This document shows positions 23,790 through 35,107 of a stretch of DNA of 64,000 nt, in pieces (positions within the stretch are counted from its first letter, which is position 1; each line of letters starts with the position of its first letter). The notes beneath the pieces were generated by a model. The model had not been told where the DNA came from, made no database searches, and saw only the letters and a list, made by a program, of their open reading frames with translations. The translations under genes and the position numbers were made by a program. The stretch is from Camelus ferus (lineage: Eukaryota): the NCBI RefSeq assembly GCF_009834535.1, contig NC_045697.1, positions 108,130,001 to 108,194,000 of the forward strand, read 5' to 3'.

Positions 23790-25145
23790 GATAGGAAAAT
23801 CACCAAAGAACTCCAAACTTGGAGCTACCTTGATTATTCTTTTCTCAACCTCTCTCCTCAGTCATCTAATTCATCTCCAGACCTTTTTGGTCTACCCCAA
23901 ATCTCTTTATTTCTCTCTGTGTTCAGAGTGGCTACCCTACCCTAAGCTATCAGTATCTTTTATTTCAATTACTGCGATGGCCTCCTAGCTGGCCTCTGGT
24001 CTTGTTGCATCCAATATTATCCACCCCACCCCCGGTACTGTAGCCACATGGAAGCAAGATTTATCTCTGAAATATAAATCAAATCACTTTCCTGCTTGAA
24101 ACATCCTGTATTAGGATGCAGTCTAAGCTGATGTAGCAAAACCCCCAAATTACAATCATTCAAACAGAGGAAGTAGGCTGGTTCAGGGCAGGTAGGTGGC
24201 TAAGATGTACACAGTTATGCAGGGACCCAGGTTCCTTCTCTCTCGTTGCTCACCATGCTACAGGGTGTTGCCCTCATGTGCTAAAGTCAAAGCTGGCTCT
24301 ATAGCCATATCCGTATTCCAGTCACCAGGATGGGAGGAAAAGAGAAGGAGAAGGGAAGGGGGACCTCACTCTATCACTTTTAGAGTGAGGTCCAGAAGTC
24401 AACACATTTCGTCTGCTCACGTCTCATTGACTGGAATTTAATCATACGGCTATATATTCATGCAAAATCTAACTGGAAAATGTACTTTCAAACTAGGTTG
24501 AATTTGTTGGCTAAAAAATCAAGGATTCTAGGACTAAAAAGAAGGGGAGGATGGATATGGGGGACAACTAGTAGTCTCTTCTGTACCTCTAATGGCTGTC
24601 CATGCTTGCAGAATGAAGTCCAGTCCTTGATTTGTGCTGATCTGGTAACTGTTTCCCTCTCCTGCCATGCCCCCTTGTTCACTTGGCTGCATCAGGGACC
24701 TCCCTTTTTTCTGCTCCTGTAACGGGCCATGTATGTTTCAACCCCAGGGTATTTGCACTTGCTGTTCCTTCTGCCTACAAAGCTCTGAATTCAGATCTTC
24801 CCAAGTTGGTCTGCTTCTCATTCTCTGGGTCTCAGCTTAAATGTGACCTCCCTCCAGAAGGCTTCATCACTCACTCTTATTAGAATTGTCCCCACTACCT
24901 TTCCCCAGTCACTTTCCATCACAGTTCTCTGTTTTGCTAACTATCATTTTTCACCTCTCTGAGTTTATCTCATATCTTTGTTTGCTTTCTAGTTTGCTTA
25001 TTTACCATCTATCTCCCCCAGCACCACACCTTAGAATTTGAGCTGCCAGAGAGCAGAGACCTTGCCCATTGTCTTCACCACCCGGACCAACAGCAGATGG
25101 TTCCTGGCACATGGTGCAGACTCAAATATTTGCTGTGTGGACTAA
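23790..25145 (+). mobile_element. L2 LINE 3' portion, split by an MLT1 LTR at 24107-24587
   Basis: gcctcctagctggcctc; ccccagggtatttgcacttgctgttccttctgcc; ends cctggcacatggtgcagactcaaatatttgctg. Confidence 0.8.
24107..24587 (-). mobile_element. MLT1 (MaLR) solo LTR
   Basis: tgtattaggatgc...gcagggacccaggttcctt...tgctcacgtctcattgactggaattta...ggatatgggggacaactag. Confidence 0.8.
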
Positions 25146-27569
25146 TGGTCAGCCTAGCATCTGGTACTAGCATTCCTAAGTAGAAGCACTTCCCTAAAAT
25201 GTTGGTAATAGTCTACTGCCCCTGTCCTCTGCCTTCTGATGGGGTCCCATCTGGTTAGAGACATGCCTTCCCGTGATGGAGCCTTGTTTCTTACTCTGTG
25301 TCATGTCAGAATCATTTGTTCTATAATCTCATCGCCCACTGGGCCAATTCAATCTGTTTTCCATTCCTGAAACAGGTCTAAAAAGCCACTCTCTGGAGAC
25401 TTGGGGAATGAATGAATTACCTGAAATAGGGAATAATTTGTTTTAATTTATTTAATAGTGTACAGAATGACTTTCAAATTGACTTCAATGAATGGATCTC
25501 CCAAATGATGCCCTCTTCCAACCCCGACACAGCCTCCCGCCACCTCATGCCCCACGCACTTGGCAGAAGGTGAAGGGTAGAATATTTATAACAAGCAACT
25601 CTGAGCATCAGAATTCCCAGAGAGCTACACAGGATGAGAACCTGGCCCAATAATAATAATCCTAAATGTGATTTATGTGTCATTTCTCTGCCAGAGTCAT
25701 CTAGGTAGCTCCCAAAAGGACCATGCAGGAAAGATTCCACTGTCAGCATGTGCCAAAAGTCTTCAGAAGTAAGGTTCAGGGGGTTTTAATTAAAAAGAGC
25801 CCATTTGGTGGCCTTTCCTCAGCCAGAATAAAGTCTGTTCCCTAGAAGAGGGCTGCAGCTTGTCACCCCTGGGACAGTCATCTCCCTAGGACAGTCCTTG
25901 AGGCCATTTATCTGAGGAAGACAGACTCCTAAGCATTCTGAGATGTTCCTCTGCCCCAAATGGAATTCCACCTTCAAGAGCCAACTTTGCTAAAACGTTG
26001 TCAGCTCCTGTGGAGGAGGGTATCAAAGGCCCTGAACACCGTGGGGAAAGCCACACAAGGGTTGTTACTTTTCAAACAGGGCTTACTGTAATATTAAGCA
26101 GAGAAGATTTCTCTGCATCACGAATGAATGTGGCTGTCAGTAAAACTGTCACCATTGAGTGAATTGGAACATCAGAAAGAGCATTTTAAAAATCAAGTAA
26201 TCATTTTTGCCCACTACTTTACAAATACATTTGCTTCTTGCTGATTCCCACTGGGAATAAAAATGCTGTTCGGGGGAAGAAAAAAAAAAAAAAAACTTCT
26301 TTCTGTCAAGTCACACTGAAGAGAGAATTTGCCAGAATGCCTGGGAGAGATTCAGGTTTCCAGCTCCATCTTAGGTTTACAGTCTGATGTCTGATGGGAT
26401 CTGGGTCTCGTCGGCAAGACATGACGGGTACTCTTCAGCCGGTCCCTGATGGGCAGTGAGATCACTGAGTTGGAGGAAGCTTATGTGTTACCTGCCAGTC
26501 CTGGTGGATTGGATCACGGGCATTTGCAGATTCTGCATGTTAAGCTGCTGACCTGGTGACCTGCAGAGTTCCAGGGAGTCCGTTTCCGCTCAGAGAAGAC
26601 AGCCCTGATTGGCAATAGCAGCTAATGAATTCTTATTGGAGGCAAACATTGACTTCACCTTTGAGCCCCAAGGAGCCTTGGGAAAGCTCAGGATACTCAG
26701 AGCATTTTGAGGAATTTTACCTTAGAAGGGAGGATTTGGGCAAGATCTTGTCAGTGGGGGGACAAGAGGTCAGCATCCTGCAGGCAGGGGGCTTCACAGG
26801 TGGTGGGGTCCAGCCACCTGCCCTCCAAGCAGGTCAATGCCTGAACCAGCTACTAGTCCCACGTAGAGGAATTTCCAGCACTGAGGGTTCATGTGACCTT
26901 GTAGAGGCACTCAATGTGAGAGTCTGGGGGGTGCTTGTGACCATCTCCCCTCCTTTTACAGAGGAGGAGGTCAGGGATCAGGGAGGTGCCAAGGTCACTG
27001 AGCTTGTTAACGGCGCAGCTCAAATGTTTCCTGGAGAGAAATTTCAAAGACCAGCTTTGGTGATGTGACAGATAAATATAGCCTAACATTTTGTTGTGAG
27101 AATGATCAGGAGCTCTGAAAACCAGGAGCAGATGCAGCTCTACAAGAAGCATGATAAGAATGCCCCCGCACACCTGCTGCGGAATGCAAGGGCGGGCGCA
27201 TTCCTCAGCTCCCACGGGCAGCATCTGCCCCAGGACCCAAGCCCTCCCGGCTGCCGTGTCTTGGCATGGACTTCCGAGCACTGATGGGAAGGCTGACAGC
27301 CCCACAAGGAGCGAAAAGGGATGCCAGTGGTAGACCGCAGGCTGATCAATGAGGACAGAGTGGCTGCTATTCCAGAGCCACTGCAGCCGAGCATGGGGGA
27401 AAAAAATAGAGAAAGAGACAGAGGTGAGGACATGAAGATCTGCCCCAGTCACAGCCACGGGGAGCAAAATCCGCAGAGGCTTGCTCAGAAGTCTGGCCTT
27501 TGTCCCTTTGTAGGTTTGTCGTCCCCGGTTTTGGAGGGTTTATATTGTGCATTCGTATATTTCTCACTA

Positions 27570-27845
27570 TTACGTTAATCAAGCATTTCCTGGGGATCAC
27601 TTCTGTCCAAGGCACTAGACTAGAGAAATGAACAAGACACAGTCCCAACCTGGTGGATCCCCGTGTCCAGCGGAGGGAGCCCAAACCATAGAGGCGATGC
27701 CATGTCAAAAGTGCCTTGCAAGTAGGTTTGGGGGGCGTGGAATGACATTGGAGGGTCGCAAGCCCAATTGTCAGAACTGAAGACTACTTCAAAGAAAAGT
27801 GACATGTTTACTAAGTCTTCTACTTCTTAGGGATGAAGACTAGAG
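27570..27845 (-). mobile_element. L2 fragment
   Basis: aagcatttcctggg...caaggcactagactagagaaatgaacaagacacagtccc. Confidence 0.65.
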
Positions 27846-27861
27846 CGCTTGTGTTCTAAGC

Positions 27862-28076
27862 CAAGGGTTGGTCGGCGAATTTTTTCCACAAAGGTCTAGG
27901 TCATCAGTAATTCAGGCTTTGAGGGCCAGAAGATCTGTTTCAACTACTCAACTGCACTGTGAAAGCAACTGTGGGAAATACATAAGTGAATGGGTGTGGC
28001 TGGGTTCTAATAAAACTTTATTTATAAGTACAGCCTCAGGGCAGACGGACCACAGCTCATAAGTGTACCAACCATG
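27862..28076 (+). mobile_element. MER58A-like hAT-Charlie MITE
   Basis: CAAGGGTTGG...caactactcaact...gggtgtggctgggttctaataaaactttatttataa...CCAACCATG; 8-bp TSD ttctaagc / ttctaacc. Confidence 0.88.
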
Positions 28077-29341
28077 TTCTAACCCATCAATGGGCCAAAA
28101 CCCATGTCATGCTCACAACGAGCCCATGTGGTAGGTGCAGGTGAGCATTTAGGCAACTTGCTCAGAATAGTAGAGGCAGTCAGAGGTGGAAGCGGGATTT
28201 GAACCCAGGCTGCCTGCCTCTATTGTCAAACCACTCATGTTTCCCTTATCCTTCCAGATATGCCTGTGAACCACCATCCTATCCTTTCTTCTTTGCTCCC
28301 TCTCTTTCCACCCCTTGCTCCTGAGTTCTTTGTCCTGAACCTGTTTTTTTGAACATCTATAATATGTCTAGCACAGTACCAAGCATTCTGGAGAAAACAT
28401 CAAAAGAAGGTAACACACAATCCCTATGTTCCATTGGCTTATAATTCACACAAGGTGACAACACACACAGTAAAGAAGGATGAGAAGGAGTTGGGGAAGG
28501 GAGAGTCCTTTCCCACTCTGGAGGGTGTCCATCTGTGTAACATTGCTGGCTGCTCTCTGACGGCCCTTCTGAAAGAGGAGGATTCTAATGATGGATCCTA
28601 ATTGGAGAGCCACAAAGAAGACACTGGGCACGCGGAGCTGAGCTCCCTCCTGTCCCTGCCCCCAGGTTGAGGCCAAGATGCTCTTGCTGGGCTCTGCTCC
28701 TCTGTGATGTAGGTTGCCCGAGGGTGGGCTCTGCCCTATGGGAAAGCACCTTCCCCAGTGGGGGCTCTGCTGTGATCTCTGCTGTTCTGATTGCAAACTT
28801 ATCAGCAGTGGAGGTGCTGTTTGAGTCTCCATATGTCCTTTTCTTAAGTCTGATTGCTTAATTAGTTTGTAACTTGCTGGACATGCATTCTTCACTGGGT
28901 CTATGGAATCTCCCAACAGATGATGTCAAGACAACACATGAGAAGAGCCCTCTTCCTCCCTCTTCCTTTAAAAAAAAAAAAAAAAAACCAAGATTTCTGG
29001 TGCTTTAGAATTCAGAGTGGGGAGAAGAGGAGCCTGGGCCCTAGATGGAGGGAGGGGAGGAGTGGACACCTTCACCAAGGAGACAGGTAAGTCTTCAGGG
29101 ATGAAAATAGTTTGATAGGCTAAGCTTTTCACACATGGAGCTTTTTGGAATCAGGACCTTTGGGGCTCTCATACTTTGAAAGATTTTCCCCAGGACCTCT
29201 TGCCTGGGGAAAAAAAGGAGTCTGTCCCAGAAGCCTCGTGTAGGATGCAGAGAAGAGTTTCAAATGTCCAGGGCATTCACTGAATCATAGAAACTTCGAG
29301 TTAGAAGGAATTGTAGAGATGATTAATTGAGTCCAAGTCCA

Positions 29342-29520
29342 CAGCAGCAAATGCCAAACACAGGCTGCTTCAGAATCGCCAGGGAAGTTTAAAAAAAATA
29401 CAGATGTCAGTTGCCACTCTGTTGAGATTCTGATTTAGTCGTTCTGGGACAGGAGTGGGTGTGGGGGAACATTTTAACAAGCTTCCTGGGTGGTTAGGCA
29501 GCAAGGTTTGGTGTACTTGA
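29342..29520. mobile_element. MER5-family MITE
   Basis: cagaatcgccagggaagtttaaaaaaaatacagatg...gagattctgatttagt...ttttaacaagcttcctgggtg. Confidence 0.7.
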
Positions 29521-29959
29521 CAATGGATCAGCCAGCACTCATTTCGACACTGCCAGTGCCCGTAGCCCACCAGCTCTGAAGACAGTCATTCCTGAGACTG
29601 CATTTGAATATGGTGCTCGGTAAGTTCCATTGCCTGGATCTGACTGAAGTCCCTTTCAAGTGTTGCGGGCACAGCCTGTAAGGAAAAGCATAGAGCTGTG
29701 TGCCTGCTGTCAGAGGTACACTCATCCTGCTCCCCTAGTGCTATCTCCCTCAGTTCCTGACCTTACATCCCATCAGCCGGTCATGTCTGCACTTCTCCAT
29801 TTACATGCAGCTCTGGCAACTCCAGTCTCACATTGGAAATGATTGCTACCTTCCAAGCACCTGACCCAGTGTGACTTTGACATCTCTGACACAGCTAAAT
29901 TTTTCCTTTCTTTCTTCTGTTCCTTTTCTCTCCTCTCTCATCCTCTCCTTCCATCTCCA

Positions 29960-30135
29960 CTGAGGTGCTTAAGTGATGTACAATAAACAGCACATAAGGA
30001 AAGGGTACATTCTGATGAATTTTGACATATATATACACTTACGTCCATGAAACTGTCACCACAATAAAAACAACGAACGTATCCATCAGTTCCTCAAGTT
30101 TTCTCGTGCCTCTTGGTCATCCCTCCCTCCCGCCT
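29960..30135 (-). mobile_element. L1MB/MC-like 3' end fragment
   Basis: gtacattctgatgaattttgacatat...tgaaactgtcaccacaat...gtatccatcag. Confidence 0.75.
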
Positions 30136-30207
30136 CCTGTCGCTGGGTGACTGCCGAGCTGCTTTCTGCAGGACTGTTTTCTGACAGGAGCTCTCACCTG
30201 GTCTGGC

Positions 30208-30839
30208 TGATGCAGGAATAAATAGGGGGGGCAGTTGGATGGCCATGTCCCAGGTCTTAGGCGAGTCCTTGGGACTCGCCCCACCAGCCCCACCAGTTGA
30301 GGGTCCTTGGCCTCATGCAGGAAAGAATTCAAGAGTGAGCTGTAGTTGAGTAAAAGTAGATTTATTCGGAGAGATACACACCCCATAGACAGTACGAGCC
30401 ATCTCAAAAGGCAAGAGAAAGACATAGGAGATACACATTCCATAGGCAGAATGCGGGCCATCTTTCTCAGAAGGGAGAGCTGTGGCCTATGAGCAAGGGG
30501 TCAGCTAGGAAAAATGAGATCAGCCATGAGGTGCAGGTGTGGTTCGTTTTTATGGGCTTGGTAACTTCCTATGCTAACAAGTGGGAGGATTATTCCAAAT
30601 ACTTTGGGAAGGGGCTGGGAATTCCCAGGAATTGGGCCATCACCCACACTCTGACCTTTTATGGTCAGCCTTGAACAGGTCCTGGCACCTGTGGGAGTGC
30701 CACTTAGCAGCTACTGCATTTCAAGTGAGCCTATATTGAAGCTCAAGGTCTACTGGGAGTTGCATCTTCCACCATCTTGGTGCTGATTGCTGTGTCATTC
30801 TTTTAATGGCTGTGCCCTGCCCTCTTCCTTCCTGTCTCA
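30208..30839 (-). mobile_element. ERV1-class solo LTR
   Basis: Minus strand TGAGACAGGAAGG...CCTGCATCA termini, AATAAA (plus-strand tttatt at 30361), internal duplication gagatacac...ccatag.cag. Confidence 0.8.
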
Positions 30840-32371
30840 TTGTCCTGGGCCAGTCACCCTCCTGAGACTGAGTCCACCTACCAGTGTTAGAGGGGTCTAG
30901 CCTCAGACCTCCTCCCAATCCTTCATCCTGGCTTATCCCCTCAGCTGTGGTTTGACAAAGCCTTCTTCTAGCCTCTAGATGATTCAGGATGCGTGTAACT
31001 CATCTTACACCTGATAAGACTTCAGTTACACCTGATAAGTTTTCACTATTGGTGGCTAAGATAAAGTTACCAGTAATAACTATCACATAGGAAATAGCTA
31101 TCCTGCACCAGGAATTCAATTATATAATAGTCCATAATAATAATTACTTTTTTCCCCCTCTATGTCACCATCACACTAGCCACAGAAGGAAGGTCCTCAT
31201 TTCTCCATGTTGTCCATGAGGGGATAGCATAACTGACTTGGTCAGAAGCCTTGCTGATACACTATTCCACAGATTCTTCTGCTATAACAATTTGAATTCC
31301 TGGCCATAACAATTTTTTTTTCCTTCTGATGTGCACTATTTCTCTTTTTAGAAACTTGACTGGTGCAGTGTACTGTACCCAAGATAAAATAAAGGGCTCT
31401 CTAGATTCAGAGTCACTCACAATATGCTATTATTCTGTATTGATCTTGTTTCCAGTAGACAAATACGTTTAGATTTTTCACAGGCAGTCTGTATGTCAAA
31501 TAAATATTGCTTGACTGCTGTAAAAACCCTCTTGATATGGCTGATTTCCAAACTGATCAGAAAGACGCCTCTGTTTGCCTTGGCAGAGGATGCGAAGGGC
31601 AGGATAACCCCACCTAATCCCACCAAGTCCAAGTGCGCGGCGGATTCTCCCACTGGGAATTTATTTATATCAGCCTGGAATCTGTAGAACATTTGATACG
31701 GTTTTAGTAATTTTTTTTCTATCATGAAAGGTGATTTTCTGGGTAAAGTGAAACTGAAACATTACAGAACTACTAGGATTTAAAAAAAAATGGTAGCAAA
31801 GATGTTATCTAAAGTCACTGCACACTTGACTGCCGTGAAATAATACAAATTGCATCTACAGTAAACACTGGGAAAGCTCATTTCTTTCAAGATGCATGAA
31901 GCTCTTCTATTCAGTTTCATAGACATAAGCCATGAGTGAATCTAGTGCCACTTTATTGTAGGGTCCCCTGCACCTGTCTACCCACTAAGACATAGAAGGA
32001 CTAGCCTGTCACTGAGCTCCGAGGCTTTCCGAGCAGGCTGAGACCTGCACAGCACTGTCTCTGGTTCTGATCCATCTTTAGGGAGCTGCTTCCTCTCAGT
32101 CAGTGGCCATATATAAAGTTAATATTCTGTAGTTCTTCAGTACAGCTCCTTTCCTGTCATATTCATGCATTCATTTGACAAATATTTATTGAGCACCTGT
32201 TATATTTTAGATGCTTGTGATGCAACAGTAAACAAAATAGAAAAAAATCATAGAGGTTGTATTCTAGTAGGGAGACAGACAGTAAACAAAATAAATCAGT
32301 AAATATATACAGTATAGTATATGGTGATAAGTGCTGAGATGACAAATAAAGAAGGGAAAAGAATAGGAAGT

Positions 32372-32394
32372 TGTGTGTGTGTGTGTGTGTGTGT
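32372..32394. repeat. (TG)n microsatellite
   Basis: Direct inspection. Confidence 0.95.
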
Positions 32395-32483
32395 CCGTAT
32401 TTGTTGGCAGAAGGCTTACAATTTTAGAAAGTGAGTTGCACGGAACACAGTGCTTAAGGCTGAAGCTTGGGTGCTCTTACTGT

Positions 32484-32964
32484 TAATTAATTAATTAATT
32501 GCAGTATTGTTGGTTTATGATATATTAGTTTCAAGTGTACAACATACTGATTCAATATTTTTATAGATCATACCTCATTTAAAGTTATTATAAAATACTG
32601 GCTCTATTCCCTATGCTGTACAATATATCCTTACAGCTTATTTATTTTACACATAGTAGTTTGTATCTCTTAATCCTCTAGCCCTATTTTCCCCTCCCAC
32701 TTCCCTCTCCCCACTGGTAACTACTGTGTTCATGAACAGATGAATGGATAGAGAAGATGTGGAGTATTACTCAGCCCTAAAAAAGAACGACATTCTGCCA
32801 TTTGTAACAACATGGATGGACCTGGAAGGTTTGATGCTTAGTGAAATAAGTCAGGCAGGGAAAGACAAATACATTTTGTTATCACTTATACATGGAATCT
32901 AAAAAATGAAATGAATGAAAGAATATAACAAAACAGAAACAGACACAGATATAGAGAAAAACTA
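32484..32964 (-). mobile_element. L1 3' UTR with 5' inversion (antisense 32484-32725, sense 32726-32964)
   Basis: Antisense 3' end up to ccactggtaactact, then sense gaacagatgaatggata...gatatagagaaaaacta. Confidence 0.88.
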
Positions 32965-33065
32965 CATGCTTTTTTTTTTATTGGTGAGAAAATTCTAAGG
33001 AAGCAAGAGAGAGCGAGGCATGGTGAGGACAGGAAGGGCAGGAAAATCAATGCAAAAATGTGTTC

Positions 33066-33586
33066 TGTCAATTGAAAAAAATATGCACCATCTAAAAGTT
33101 GAGAGTTACTACATTTTATTCAGTGAACATTTCTAAGGGCTTAAGCCCGGGAAACAGCCTCTCAGATGGCTCTGAGAGACTGCTCTGAAGCAGTCAGGGA
33201 GGAGCCAGGATATATATGAGTTTTTGCAACAAAGATCAGGTAGTCAGAACATTGAAAAATTACCATTAATTAAAGGAAACCAGGCATCTCAAGTTAAGGA
33301 ATTTAGTGCTTTGCTATATAAGGGAAGATGCAAAGGTCTGGGCTCCTTTAATGAGCACCTTAGCTCTCTTGGGCCAGTATCCTGTGCTTCCATCCTGAGT
33401 CCCCTCAGGGGGCATGGTTGGGGGTGGGGTGGCTGCAGAGGCTGAGGACTTGGCAGCTGGCTGCCTGCTTGTTTCCATCCTGAGTCCCCTCGGGCTCACT
33501 GTTGGGGGCGGAGGTAGTGTCTGGTGGCTGGTGGCTGATGGCAGCGTCCTTTGTTACTGATACGGGGGCAAAATTTTTCACTCACA
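33066..33586 (-). mobile_element. ERV1-class solo LTR, same family as 13703-14212
   Basis: TG...CA termini, perfect 4-bp TSD gttc (33062-33065 / 33587-33590), internal repeat catcctgagtcccctc x2. Confidence 0.92.
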
Positions 33587-34961
33587 GTTCCACGGTAGCC
33601 ACTGCTTGGTATCAAGCATAGCTGATCCCTGCATCTCACAGGAATGACTTCTGAAAGGCCCTAAGAATTCTGTCCAGAGGGAAGAAGGGAGAGGAATTTG
33701 ACCTGAGGTGCTGTGTGGGAGATGTCAGACACAGAAGAGGGGCAGGGATGGGTAGCACAACAAGAAGGTGAAATTTACGTGAAGGTGGGAAGCTTTATAA
33801 TTATGTGGGAGGAGAGCAGAGATAACGAATGCAAAGGCTGTCAGCTGGGGGCGTGCCTGGCAAGTTCAAGGGCCCGGGGAGGCCAGGGCAGCTGCAGCGG
33901 TGGGAGGAGAAAGGAAATGGAAGGAGAGGAAGTTGGAGAGCTCCTGTGGGTCAGCTCACACAGTGCTATAGGTCTTAGAAGGGTTGAGGATTTTCCTCTC
34001 AGTGTGATGGAAAGCCATTGGGTGGGCAAGGTCCCTGCAGCGTTCTGGCATTCTCTAACATTTCAAAAGGATCAGACTTTGGGGCTGCTGTGTGAAGCAT
34101 AGACTCAAGAGGCCAGGGTACAAGCAGGGCGACTGGTCAGGAGGCCACTGCCAGTATCCAGGTGCAAGGGGATGGTGACTTGGACAGAGGTGTGGCAGCG
34201 CAGGTGGTGAGAGATTGTTGGATTTTGGATACGCTTTGAAGGTAGAACACCAAAAGTGCTTCCTGATGGATTAGGCACGTAGGACAGGCTAGAAAGAGGA
34301 GTCAAAGATGCTCTCAAGGTTCCTGTTCTGAGCATGTGAGAACAGACTTGCCATTTACTGATGTGAAGACGTCTGTGCAAAGGAACTGAGTTCAGGGCAG
34401 ATTAGTAGTAGGAGCTGAGCTCCGGACGTCTGATGTTTGGGATGGTGAATAGGCAGCTGGATGATGGAGAGACTTGGATCGAGATGGAGCTGTGGGAGTC
34501 ACCAGCAGGTGGATCTTATTTAAAGCCACCAATTCCTGATAGATCGCCCTGAGGGTGCATGGAAGGTAGGAAAGCAGAGAGACCACAGACCTGAGGTGTT
34601 GAGAGGTTGGGAGGATGAGGGGAAATCAGAGACGACTGAGAAGAAGTGACCAGACTGAGAGAGGGAGAACCAGGGGTGGGTGGGAGCCTCGGAGCCCGTG
34701 AGACAAGGCTTCAAATGTGTGTTAATTGCAGAATGAGAGCCATCTGGTAGGAGGCTGCCCCCTCATTTGTGGGCACCTCTGAAAGTCAGAGCCTTCCTGA
34801 GATTCCTGTTCATTTCCTCATCTGTACAATAGTGACAGTAACATCCTTCTAACAAGGTTGTTGTTAGAAAGATTCCACAAGGAGCCTCACAAACTGCAAT
34901 GTCTGATGCTTCACGTCGTGTGTGACACCAGTGGCGTCAGTGACGTCAGTGCACAGCCTGG

Positions 34962-35107
34962 TCCTTCTCTCTCTTTCTCGCTCCTCCATCTGTTTTCCCT
35001 TTCTTTCACTTTCTCCCTCTTTCCTTCTTTCTGCCTTAGTCTTTCTCTCTCTTTTTGCCCCTCTCTCCCATTTTTCCTTCTTTCTTTTATTCTGTTTTTC
35101 TTTTTCA
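34962..35107. repeat. CT-rich polypyrimidine low-complexity tract
   Basis: About 145 nt almost entirely C/T, ending in ttttcag. Confidence 0.85.

Larger units (their letters stand above)
32162..34745 (-). mobile_element. Long L2 remnant (32162-32450 and about 33780-34745), interrupted by younger L1 and LTR insertions
   Basis: cattcatttgacaaatatttattgagcacc 3' end; ggattttggatacgctttgaaggtagaac; aggagtcaaagatgctctcaaggtt. Confidence 0.8.

Noticed and set aside
26889..27467. 192-aa hydrophobic minus-strand ORF and overlapping plus-strand ORFs
   Set aside because: Partly overlaps a MIR (about 26940-27020); no family motif or convincing splice boundaries.
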